This document shows, one piece after another, positions 17,818 through 26,052 of a stretch of 33,498 bases of DNA (the first letter of the stretch is position 1; each line of letters begins with the position of its first letter). This DNA comes from a bacterium. Lineage in GTDB: Bacteria > Electryoneota > Electryoneia > Electryoneales > Electryoneaceae. The notes under the pieces were generated by a model, which saw nothing but the letters and a program-made list of their open reading frames with translations, did not search any database and had not been told where the DNA came from. Location: positions 1 through 33,498 of the forward strand of contig JAZDLX010000206.1 of the NCBI GenBank assembly GCA_043801585.1, in the 5' to 3' direction. The position numbers and the translations under genes were made by a program.

Positions 17818-17849
17818 AACCCTCCCCGCCAGGACAGGGAGGGTTTTTT
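17818..17849 (+). terminator. Intrinsic terminator of the redox operon
   Basis: AACCCTCCC / GGGAGGGTT stem followed by a T-tract. Confidence 0.85.
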
Positions 17850-17984
17850 GTTACAAACGTTGATGTTTTTCGGTGCAATAGATTGGGTTTCATCGTCACG
17901 CTGGTGTGTTCAATAAAGACAGACCTATTTGAAACACTTTCTTCAAAGGGAGCAACCACTGGGGGTCCTGGCAATAAAAGCACA

Positions 17985-18069
17985 CAGAAAAATGTACCAG
18001 GTACATTTATAAGCCAATCGAATAAACGCTTTTCCTTCTAATATTAATTGTACCTGGTACATTTTTCTG
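17985..18069. repeat. Perfect 21-bp inverted repeat with internally palindromic arms
   Basis: CAGAAAAATGTACCAGGTACA (17985-18005) and TGTACCTGGTACATTTTTCTG (18049-18069). Confidence 0.85.
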
Positions 18070-18159
18070 CTCCATGACAAAACGCTAAATTGCGTATAAC
18101 AATTAAGTAACAATATCTGTTTTCATTTAGCTTCGCGTCCGAGCAGACAAGAATTCCGC

Positions 18160-18188
18160 TTGACAGCCTTCGGCCTCACAACCATCTT
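18160..18188 (+). promoter_or_regulatory. Putative sigma70 promoter of the nucleotidase gene
   Basis: TTGACA-17 nt-CATCTT. Confidence 0.5.
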
Positions 18189-18304
18189 GCCCGCATTGAG
18201 CGGAACATTGTCCACTGGACATCCCGCGGGTGACCCGGCGCTCCCGGACCGGGGATTCCGCGAACAGGCCGTAATGGACACCCAGACTTCACCGGAGACA
18301 TGAC

Positions 18305-19741
18305 ATGCCTGAGCCAACGATCACATTTCCCCCTCCCGCGCCCGGTCGTGGCATTTATTGCAATCGCACCCTCAATCTGCGTTCGATCAAAGCCATCGGC
18401 TACGACATGGACTATACGTTGATCCACTACCGGGACGACGCCTGGGAGCAGCGTGCCTACGAACACCTGCGGCGTGGCCTGGTGGAGCGCGGGTGGCCGG
18501 TGGGCGATCTCACCTATGACCCCGACTTCATTATGCGTGGACTGATTCTTGACGCCGAGATGGGCAACGTGGTCAAGGCGAACCGGTTCGGATACATCAA
18601 GCAGGCTCTTCATGGAACCTGTCCGCTCACCTTCGATGAATTGCGCAGCACCTACAGCCGTACGATTGTCGATCTGTCCGAGCCACGCTGGTATTTTCTC
18701 AACACCTTGTTCAGTCTCTCCGAGGGATTCATGTTCGCCCAGACGGTCGATCTGCTTGACAAGGGGGCTTTGGGGGACGCGATCGGCTACGAGGATCTGC
18801 TGAGGATCGAACGCAAAACTTTGGACCGCGCCCACACGGAGGGTGCGTTGAAAGCCGACATTCTCGCGAAACCCGACAATTACATCATGCACGATCCCGA
18901 GAGTGTTGAAGCGCTGCTTGACCAGAAACACGCCGGAAAGAAACTGCTTTTGATCACCAACAGTGACTGGGAATACACCCGTGAAATCATGGCGGCGGCA
19001 TTCGATCCCCACCTGCCGAAGGGCATGGCCTGGAGGAACCTGTTTGACCTGGTGATTGTCAGTGCACGCAAACCTTCCTTCTTTTCCGATCCGAACCCGG
19101 CGTTCGAGGTGGTGGACGAGGAGGGGTTGTTGAAACCTGTCATCGGCAAGCTGAAACCCGGCGGCATCTACCTCGGGGGAAACGCCAGTCAGGTGGAAGG
19201 ACTGTGGGGATTTGCCGGCGAGGAAATCCTCTACGTCGGCGACCACATCTTCAGTGACGTGCGCGTGTCCAAGGATATCCTTCGCTGGCGTACTGCGCTG
19301 ATCCTTCGCGAACTCGAGGGTGAACTGGATGCGCTCGAGGGATTCCGGGAGGAGCAGAATCGCCTGACGGACCTGATGGCGCGAAAAGAAAAGTTGGAAT
19401 ACCAGTCAAACCTGATTCGTCTCTCGATTCAACGGTTGAAAGGCGGGTATCTGCCGGCCGAGGGTGAGGTCAGAAAGTTACAGCAAGAGGCGGACCGCCT
19501 GCGCGGCGAGATCGTTTCGATCGACGAGGAGATCGGAGTGTTGGCAAAGATCTCCGGGGAGCTGATGAATCCACACTGGGGATTGATCATGCGAGCCGGG
19601 AACGATAAAAGCCATTTCACGCGACAGGTCGAGAATTACGCGGACATCTATATGTCACGGGTGTCCAATTTTCTGAACCTGACTCCCTTTGCGTACCTTC
19701 GCAGCCCCCGCCACGTCCTCCCGCACGACCCGTTGCGCTGA
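18305..19741 (+). CDS. HAD-IG family 5'-nucleotidase (cN-II-like)
   Basis: GYDMDYTL motif I, LITNS, ARKPSFF, LYVGDHIFSDV, WRTALI, ADIYMSRVSN. Confidence 0.95.
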   Translation: MPEPTITFPPPAPGRGIYCNRTLNLRSIKAIGYDMDYTLIHYRDDAWEQRAYEHLRRGLVERGWPVGDLTYDPDFIMRGLILDAEMGNVVKANRFGYIKQALHGTCPLTFDELRSTYSRTIVDLSEPRWYFLNTLFSLSEGFMFAQTVDLLDKGALGDAIGYEDLLRIERKTLDRAHTEGALKADILAKPDNYIMHDPESVEALLDQKHAGKKLLLITNSDWEYTREIMAAAFDPHLPKGMAWRNLFDLVIVSARKPSFFSDPNPAFEVVDEEGLLKPVIGKLKPGGIYLGGNASQVEGLWGFAGEEILYVGDHIFSDVRVSKDILRWRTALILRELEGELDALEGFREEQNRLTDLMARKEKLEYQSNLIRLSIQRLKGGYLPAEGEVRKLQQEADRLRGEIVSIDEEIGVLAKISGELMNPHWGLIMRAGNDKSHFTRQVENYADIYMSRVSNFLNLTPFAYLRSPRHVLPHDPLR

Positions 19742-19772
19742 CGGTGGAGTGAATATCCTATTGCAATATTAG

Positions 19773-19897
19773 CCCTGCTGGTTCATCCAACAGGGTTTAC
19801 TTGTTTTACATGATCATTGACGTGTGGCCCGGTCCGCCGACTGGCGGACCAGCCGAGGATCATCTCACGAGAAAACCCTGCTTGAGTGCAAGCAGGG
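19773..19897. terminator. Hairpin cluster between convergent genes (probable terminators)
   Basis: CCCTGCTGG..CCAACAGGG followed by T-rich sequence; GGTCCGCC-GACT-GGCGGACC; AAAA-CCCTGCTTG..CAAGCAGGG (minus-strand terminator for hpt). Confidence 0.6.
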
Positions 19898-19940
19898 CAA
19901 TGCGTTCAACAACAGAAATCCACGGAGTTTCAGGATAAGA

Positions 19941-20489
19941 TTACTTTCCATCATCCTCCACGACCGCCACATAGGGCAAATCACGGTATTCGTGATTGAA
20001 GTCGAGGCCGTAGCCGACGACGAATTTGTTCTCGATTTTGAACCCGACGTAATCCGCTTCCTGGTTGACTTCGCGCCGCGAGGGCTTGTCGAGCAGTACG
20101 ACGGTTTTCAGTGCGACGGGTTTGCGGTCCAGCATCAACCCACTGACACGTTGCAGCGTCAGACCGGTGTCGAGGATGTCGTCCACGATCAGCACGTTTT
20201 TGTTGGCGATGTCAAAACGAACATCCTGTTTAATGCGGATGTTACCCGTGGATTCCGTGCTCGACTCATAGCTCGAGACGATCAGAAAATCCAGCTCCGC
20301 CACCCGTCCGCCGTGACGTGAGATCGCACGAACAAGATCGGCCATGAAGATGAACGCTCCGCGGAGCAAACCAATCACCGTGATGGGTCCCATCTTGCAG
20401 AACGAGTTTGCAATTTCCGCACCGAGATCATCCACCCGTTTGGCGATCTCTTCCTCGGTGATCAGGGGGGTTGTGGAAGGCACGAGCAT
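19941..20489 (-). CDS. hpt: Hypoxanthine phosphoribosyltransferase
   Basis: GLLRGAFIFMADL, VLIVDDILDTGLTL PRPP loop, LLDKP, FVVGYGLD; GGGAG RBS before ATG 20489. Confidence 0.96.
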   Translation of the reverse strand: MLVPSTTPLITEEEIAKRVDDLGAEIANSFCKMGPITVIGLLRGAFIFMADLVRAISRHGGRVAELDFLIVSSYESSTESTGNIRIKQDVRFDIANKNVLIVDDILDTGLTLQRVSGLMLDRKPVALKTVVLLDKPSRREVNQEADYVGFKIENKFVVGYGLDFNHEYRDLPYVAVVEDDGK

Positions 20490-20656
20490 GGCTTCTCCCG
20501 GTAATGTGTGCTGGACATTGTTGAATATCACGTACTTTTCAGTGAAGCAAAAACCTACGCGCTGAATTAGCCGCCGGTCAAGCATTGATTCATGCCCTTG
20601 CCCCTTCCCTTTGGGCGAGGTCATATTGATATTTGATTGTAACGAAGGGATGTGAC

Positions 20657-21433
20657 GTGGACGCTAAGCTTCCGGATCAGCCAAACGCGAGCGATAGGCG
20701 AGAGGCTCCGTCTCCGGAAAAGCTCGCCAAGCTTGGCCTGCTGGTTGCCGGGATCGCCCACAACCTGTACGGTCCACTCACCGGAATTCTCGGCACCCTG
20801 GACCTGCTTCGTCTCAAACACCCGGATCTTATCGGTGATTTTGAGCGGATCGCTTCGCTGGCGCGCCGTATACAGGACGAAATCCGCGTGATGCTCTACA
20901 AAGCGGAAATCGAGCAAAAGGGCCGGATTGCAATTGTCGATCTGGTAAAACTGGTTAAGCTGGATATTGAATTCTACAAGGGCGATCCACGCCTCAAGCA
21001 CATGATCGAAGTAACGTTCGACCCTCCGCAGAACCTGCCGACCTTCAAGGGCACCATCGGCGATTTCTCCCAGTCGATCAGCAACATCATCGCCAACGCC
21101 ATAGAGGCGATGGAAGATTCCGACAGGAAAGAGCTCACCATTTCGCTGGAGGAGAAAGGCGACAACCTGGTCCTTTCGTTTGCGGATACGGGCGTGGGCA
21201 TGGACGAGGGGACAAAGGCGCAGGCGTTCGACCCGTTTTTCTCGACGAAGACTCCCACCACCGGAGGGAAATTTCCGGCAACCCTCGCCACCGGTCTCGG
21301 GTTGGCGCACGCAAGGAACCTGCTGGAACCTGAAGGGGTTTCAATCGACCTCGAAAGTGCGCCGGGGAAAGGAACCAGGGTGACCCTCACCATCCCCTAC
21401 AAAGACATCGACCGCCGTCACAGCAGTCTCTGA
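20657..21433 (+). CDS. Cytoplasmic histidine kinase (DHp + HATPase only)
   Basis: H-box GIAHNLYGPL, N-box NIIANAIEAM, G1 DTGVGM, F-box FDPFFSTK, G2 TGLGL; probable GTG start. Confidence 0.88.
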   Translation: MDAKLPDQPNASDRREAPSPEKLAKLGLLVAGIAHNLYGPLTGILGTLDLLRLKHPDLIGDFERIASLARRIQDEIRVMLYKAEIEQKGRIAIVDLVKLVKLDIEFYKGDPRLKHMIEVTFDPPQNLPTFKGTIGDFSQSISNIIANAIEAMEDSDRKELTISLEEKGDNLVLSFADTGVGMDEGTKAQAFDPFFSTKTPTTGGKFPATLATGLGLAHARNLLEPEGVSIDLESAPGKGTRVTLTIPYKDIDRRHSSL

Positions 21434-21478
21434 TTCATCTTTACATTCTGTGAGAGCCAATCCTCAGGGGAATCCTTC

Positions 21479-23392
21479 ATGGGCGCGCAAACCGAAAAAC
21501 TGCCACAAGACAGCGAAAAGCTGCGACAATTTACCCGGTACCTTCTTGAGGATCTCCACGCCCTCGAACGGATGCTGTCCGACGGGAAGATCGAAGCGGA
21601 CATTTCACGAATCGGTGCTGAGCAGGAACTGGTGATTGTCGGTTCGGACTGGCGGCCTTCACCCCGGGCGCTGGAAATGCTGGAGGAGCTGGAGCCGCAT
21701 GGGTTTACTCCGGAACTGGCGTTGTTCAACCTGGAATTTCCGGTGGGACCGCTTCACTTCGAGGGGAAATGCCTGCAGGAGCTTGAGCTTGCGCTCTCGG
21801 AGAAGCTGACGATCGCACGCGAGGCGGCAAAACATCACGGCGTTCATGTCGGCATGTTCGGGATCCTCCCTTCCATCCGAAAGGCGGATCTCTCGATGGA
21901 GAACATGACACCCCGTGCCCGTTACCAGAAGCTGAACGATACGCTGATCAGGCAACGGGGCCGCAAGTACGATGTCCACATCAGGGGCACGGACGAGTTG
22001 GTCACATCCCACGACAACCTGATGCTGGAGGGGGCGAACACCAGCTTTCAGGTCCATTTTCAAGTGCCGCCTGAAGAGTTTGCTCTCCGATACAATATCG
22101 CCCAGGTTGCACTCGGACCGGTTCTCGCCGCGGCGGGAAACAGCGCCCTGCTCGGCCGCTACCGGCTCTGGCATGAAACACGGATCGCGCTCTTCCAGCA
22201 GTCGCTTGACACCCGCAGCGCACCGATCGAACGTCAACTGGAACCCCGTGTTAGTTTTGGAACACGTTGGGTGGACGAGAGCGTGCTGGAGCTTTTTCAG
22301 GAGGACATCGCCCGGTTCAAGGTGCTTTTCGCGCTGGAGAGTGTGGAAAATCCGGCGGAAGCGCTGGAGGCGGGACGGGTGCCTCAGCTCGAGGCGTTGC
22401 GCCTGCACACTGGAACCGTCTACCGCTGGAACCGTGCTGTCTATGGCATCATCGATGACCATCCGTCATTGCGCATCGAAAACCGTGCTCTGCCCGCGGG
22501 ACCGACGATCATCGACGAAGTTGCCAATGCCGCCTTCTGGTTTGGCCTCATGGCGGGGTTGAAAGAGGAGATCGGCGATGTCCGCCCGGCGATGAAGTTC
22601 GAGGACGCCCGGGATAATTTCGCCAACGCCGCGATGCACGGACTGGAAGCGCAGATGACCTGGCTGGCCGGCGAACGCAAAAGCGCCCGCGAACTGATTC
22701 TGAACGACTTGCTGCCCCTCGCCTACCAGGGGTTGCGAAATTGGCAGATCGACGAAGAGGACACCTACAAGTACCTGGGAATCATCGAGGAAAGAGTTGA
22801 GTCGGGACAGACAGGAGCCGTCTGGCAGCTTCGTTCATTCGCTGAGATGACCGGGCATGGAACCCGCTGGGAGAAGGTTCACGCTCTCGTCGCCGCTTCC
22901 TTCGCCCGTCAAGCGACCGATCAGCCGGTGCACACATGGAAATTGGCAGACCTCAGCGAAGCCGGTGGATGGCAGAACAACTACGTCCGTGTGGAGCAGT
23001 TGATGGCGAGCGAGCTCTACACCGTCCACCCCGACGATCCTCTGGAGCTCGCCGCGAACGTGATGAAATGGCGGAGCGTACGCCATGTACTTGTCGAGGA
23101 CGACCAACACCGCCTCGTCGGACTGATCACCTACCAGCATCTACTGAAATATTTCATCCAGGGAGGAAGCGGTGACGAAACGCCGAAGGCCGTGCGGGAT
23201 GTGATGAGCATCGACCCCATCGTTGTCGCACCGGACATCTCTTCGCTCGATGCCATCACGCTGATGCGCCAGCAGGATGTCTCCTGCCTGCCCGTCGTAA
23301 AACATGGCAGGCTGGTGGGCATGATCACCAAGGACGATTTCATGAACATGGCCGGCTCACTGCTCCGCGACCGGCTCGAGCCACCCGCGTAG
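21479..23392 (+). CDS. Glutamate-cysteine ligase (GCS2-like) family protein fused to a C-terminal CBS pair
   Basis: IGAEQE, ELALFNLE, NTSFQVHFQV, LWHETRI, YRWNR, LRIENRALPAGPT; two CBS repeats at the C-terminus. Confidence 0.88.
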   Translation: MGAQTEKLPQDSEKLRQFTRYLLEDLHALERMLSDGKIEADISRIGAEQELVIVGSDWRPSPRALEMLEELEPHGFTPELALFNLEFPVGPLHFEGKCLQELELALSEKLTIAREAAKHHGVHVGMFGILPSIRKADLSMENMTPRARYQKLNDTLIRQRGRKYDVHIRGTDELVTSHDNLMLEGANTSFQVHFQVPPEEFALRYNIAQVALGPVLAAAGNSALLGRYRLWHETRIALFQQSLDTRSAPIERQLEPRVSFGTRWVDESVLELFQEDIARFKVLFALESVENPAEALEAGRVPQLEALRLHTGTVYRWNRAVYGIIDDHPSLRIENRALPAGPTIIDEVANAAFWFGLMAGLKEEIGDVRPAMKFEDARDNFANAAMHGLEAQMTWLAGERKSARELILNDLLPLAYQGLRNWQIDEEDTYKYLGIIEERVESGQTGAVWQLRSFAEMTGHGTRWEKVHALVAASFARQATDQPVHTWKLADLSEAGGWQNNYVRVEQLMASELYTVHPDDPLELAANVMKWRSVRHVLVEDDQHRLVGLITYQHLLKYFIQGGSGDETPKAVRDVMSIDPIVVAPDISSLDAITLMRQQDVSCLPVVKHGRLVGMITKDDFMNMAGSLLRDRLEPPA

Positions 23393-23452
23393 ATAAGCAT
23401 CCCCGCGGAAATTAAAAGGTACGTGTCCCCTTTTTAATTCCTCCGCCCATTT

Positions 23453-23551
23453 TGTCATCCCCGCGAAGGCGGGGGTCCAGTTGATGAATGATGATCAAAC
23501 CTCTGGATTCCCGCTTTCCCGACGGATCGGGACAGGTCGTGGGAATGACAA
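23453..23551. repeat. REP-like inverted pair (GTCATCCCCGCGAAGGCGGGG family) with a nested hairpin
   Basis: TGTCATCCCCGCGAAGGCGGGGGTCCAG ... CTGGATTCCCGCTTT[insert]CGTGGGAATGACA. Confidence 0.8.
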
Positions 23552-23566
23552 GAGGGTGGTCAGGGC

Positions 23567-23599
23567 AGGGTGGTCCGACTTGCTTGCAGGTCGGGTTTC
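23567..23599. repeat. REP-like hairpin, copy 2
   Basis: Matches 8469-8501 at 31 of 33 positions. Confidence 0.8.
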
Positions 23600-23605
23600 T
23601 TATCG

Positions 23606-24286
23606 TCAACGCCCCGCTTCCAACCTCAGGGCGAGCATTTCAGGCAGACCTGCGGCACGGATAGCGTTCATTGCTCCGGGAATGTTGTAGTCAACACCGA
23701 TCAGTTTCGGTTGCATCGTTTCATCGTCCACGAGACACCAACGTGCACGCGGATTTCCATCTCGTGGCTGCCCCACCGATCCGACGTTCACAAGCACCCG
23801 ATCATGCACGCGGTAGATTTCGGCGCGGTGGCTGTGCCCGATGAAAACCATGCGTGCATCCACACCTTCCAGTGCGCGTTCAGCGGAATATTGGCTGTCG
23901 ATGTATTCCCAGTTTTCGGGTTCCAGCGGGGATGCGTGTACAAAAAACAACTCTCCGTCCCGGCAGGTCAGGGGCAATCCGTCCAGCCATTGGATCTCCT
24001 CGCTTCCGAGCTTCTCTCGAGTCCAGAGCGCCGCTTCACGGGCATACGGGTTGAACCACTGGAGGGACTGCCGCCCGCAGACTCCCCAGTCGTGGTTTCC
24101 CGCGAGGATGATCTCGCACCTTTGGCGGACGAGGGCGATGCATTCGGAGGGGTGTGCGCCGTACCCGACAATGTCGCCGAGACAGACAATCTGGTCGGGA
24201 GAGTGCTGGTCAATGGAGTTGAAAGTCGCGGTCAGCGCGTGCAGGTTGCCATGAACGTCGGAGAGAACGGCGCGGCGCACGGTCAC
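23606..24286 (-). CDS. Calcineurin-like metallophosphoesterase
   Basis: SDVHGN, LGDIVGYG, GNHD, GHSH, NVGSVGQPRDG; GTG start overlaps the nusB stop. Confidence 0.93.
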   Translation of the reverse strand: MTVRRAVLSDVHGNLHALTATFNSIDQHSPDQIVCLGDIVGYGAHPSECIALVRQRCEIILAGNHDWGVCGRQSLQWFNPYAREAALWTREKLGSEEIQWLDGLPLTCRDGELFFVHASPLEPENWEYIDSQYSAERALEGVDARMVFIGHSHRAEIYRVHDRVLVNVGSVGQPRDGNPRARWCLVDDETMQPKLIGVDYNIPGAMNAIRAAGLPEMLALRLEAGR

Positions 24287-24855
24287 GTCTCCGAGGAATC
24301 GCCGGCTTGTCCGGTCTTCTTCCCGGAGCCCGTCTTCCCGGACGAGCCGTTTTTTTGGGATGCTTTCTTTTTGGAGGGTTCGCCGGGTGAGCCGTCTGGA
24401 GTCTCTTCACGCGAGGAGGCGCTTTTAATCTTGTGGATGAGTTGTTCGTTTTCTTCAAACAAAGCATCCAGCAGACCGTTGATAAAACGCCCCGACTGGT
24501 CGGTGCTGAACATCTTGGCGATTTCAATCGCCTCGTTGATCGTCACTTTCGGCGGGACGTCTTCGACATGGAAAAGTTCACAGAGAGCGATACGCAGAAT
24601 CAGATGGTCGAGCAGGGCCATCCGCCCGATATCCCAGCGGTGGGATTTGCTCGAGATCATTTCGTCCATTTTGGCTTTGTGGCGGCAGGCGAGGGAGACA
24701 AGCCGCTGGGCAAAGGCGCAATGCCGTTTGTCGCCGCCCCGAACGAGGGAGTTGAACAGGGATGAAGGATCGTCGCCGGTCAGTTCAACCGCGTAGAGAA
24801 CCTGCAGCGCGATCTGGCGTGCTTCATGACGGCTGGTGGCGCCCCGGATTTCCAT
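24283..24855 (-). CDS. nusB: Transcription antitermination factor NusB with a low-complexity C-terminal tail
   Basis: RHEARQIALQVLY, ILRIALCEL, PPKVTINEAIEIAKMFS, FINGLLD. Confidence 0.95.
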   Translation of the reverse strand: MEIRGATSRHEARQIALQVLYAVELTGDDPSSLFNSLVRGGDKRHCAFAQRLVSLACRHKAKMDEMISSKSHRWDIGRMALLDHLILRIALCELFHVEDVPPKVTINEAIEIAKMFSTDQSGRFINGLLDALFEENEQLIHKIKSASSREETPDGSPGEPSKKKASQKNGSSGKTGSGKKTGQAGDSSET

Positions 24856-24876
24856 CCCCACTCCCTAATTCAGTAA

Positions 24877-24906
24877 GGCGGCTCCTCCCAACGGGGAAGA
24901 GCCGCC
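24877..24906. other. GC-rich hairpin between ilvE and nusB (weak terminator or mRNA stabiliser)
   Basis: GGCGGCTC(C)TCCC..GGGA(A)GAGCCGCC with only a short U-tract. Confidence 0.5.
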
Positions 24907-24924
24907 GAGGAGAACAATCGTAGT

Positions 24925-25932
24925 TTACGCAATATCGACAAAGGTCAGCCACTTATGGCTGTCCTCCACGCCACCGTTAATGATCCCGAAAAACTTCTCC
25001 TGCAACACCCGGGCGACCGGACCGCGATGACCCTTGCCGATCTTGATCTGGTCGATGGACCGGATCGGCGTCACCTCGCTGGCGGTGCCGCTGAAGAACA
25101 CTTCGTCCGCGAGATAAAGCATTTCACGCGGTATCATGTGTTCCTTGATGGTGAAGCCCAGCTCCTGGGCGGTGGTGATCAGCGCATCGCGGGTGATGCC
25201 CGGCAGTACGCTGTTCCCGAGCGGGGGGGTGAAGATCAGGTCGCCGCCATTCCGGCCTTGTCCGTGGAACACAACGAATAGGTTCTCGCCGGAGCCTTCG
25301 GAAACGTAGCCGCTGGTGTCCAGCGCGATGCCCTCGACATACCCGTTCTTGATCGCCTCCATCTTGATCAACTGGCTGTTCATGTAGTTAGCGCCGGTTT
25401 TGGCGAGAGCCGGGAGGGTGTTCGGGGCGATGCGGTTCCATGAGGAAACGCAGACGTCCACACCTTTCTCCAACGCTTCGGGTCCCAGGTACTTGCCCCA
25501 GTTCCAGGTCATAATGATTGCGTCCACCGGGCAAGGCCGTGGGTCCACCCCAAGGCTGTTGTAGCCACGATAGATCACTGGCCGGATGTAGGCGGCTTTA
25601 TCGCCGTTTGCTTTCAGCGTTTCGATGGTTGCATCGATCAACTGATCCACAGTGTACGTCAGGCGAAGATCTTTTTCGTCCTTGCGCCCTCCCAAAAGCA
25701 TTTCGTCTGGCGTCATTCTGTAGATTTTTGCAGAATTGTAAAGCCGTTGGATGTGTTCTCGAAGACGGAAGACCGCACTTTTACCATCCGTCTCTTCCCG
25801 GTGGTACATCCGGATGCCTTCGAACACAGAGGTGCCATAGTGAACCACATGAGCACCGACATGGATTGTGGCGTCCTTCCAATCCACCAGTTTGCCGTTC
25901 ATCCAGATCTTGCCGCGTCCGTCAAAACCCAT
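24925..25932 (-). CDS. ilvE: Branched-chain amino acid aminotransferase
   Basis: HYGTSVFEGIR, AYIRP, AKTGANY (PLP Lys), EGSGENLF, LPGITR, GTASEVTP. Confidence 0.96.
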   Translation of the reverse strand: MGFDGRGKIWMNGKLVDWKDATIHVGAHVVHYGTSVFEGIRMYHREETDGKSAVFRLREHIQRLYNSAKIYRMTPDEMLLGGRKDEKDLRLTYTVDQLIDATIETLKANGDKAAYIRPVIYRGYNSLGVDPRPCPVDAIIMTWNWGKYLGPEALEKGVDVCVSSWNRIAPNTLPALAKTGANYMNSQLIKMEAIKNGYVEGIALDTSGYVSEGSGENLFVVFHGQGRNGGDLIFTPPLGNSVLPGITRDALITTAQELGFTIKEHMIPREMLYLADEVFFSGTASEVTPIRSIDQIKIGKGHRGPVARVLQEKFFGIINGGVEDSHKWLTFVDIA

Positions 25933-26052
25933 CTGTCGTCCCCCTTTCGAGGTCGCTTGACGCTTGGGAAATCTTGTGTCCCGTTCACACTGCTTTAGTC
26001 CCGCAAAGTTCCGGCGCCTGATTCACGCCCGAACATCGAGCAGAACATATCC

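Noticed and set aside
15334..17936. 11-bp direct repeat TATTTGAAACA flanking the redox operon (15334 and 17926)
   Set aside because: 11-mer matches are expected by chance in 33 kb, especially in AT-rich gaps; no mobility gene nearby
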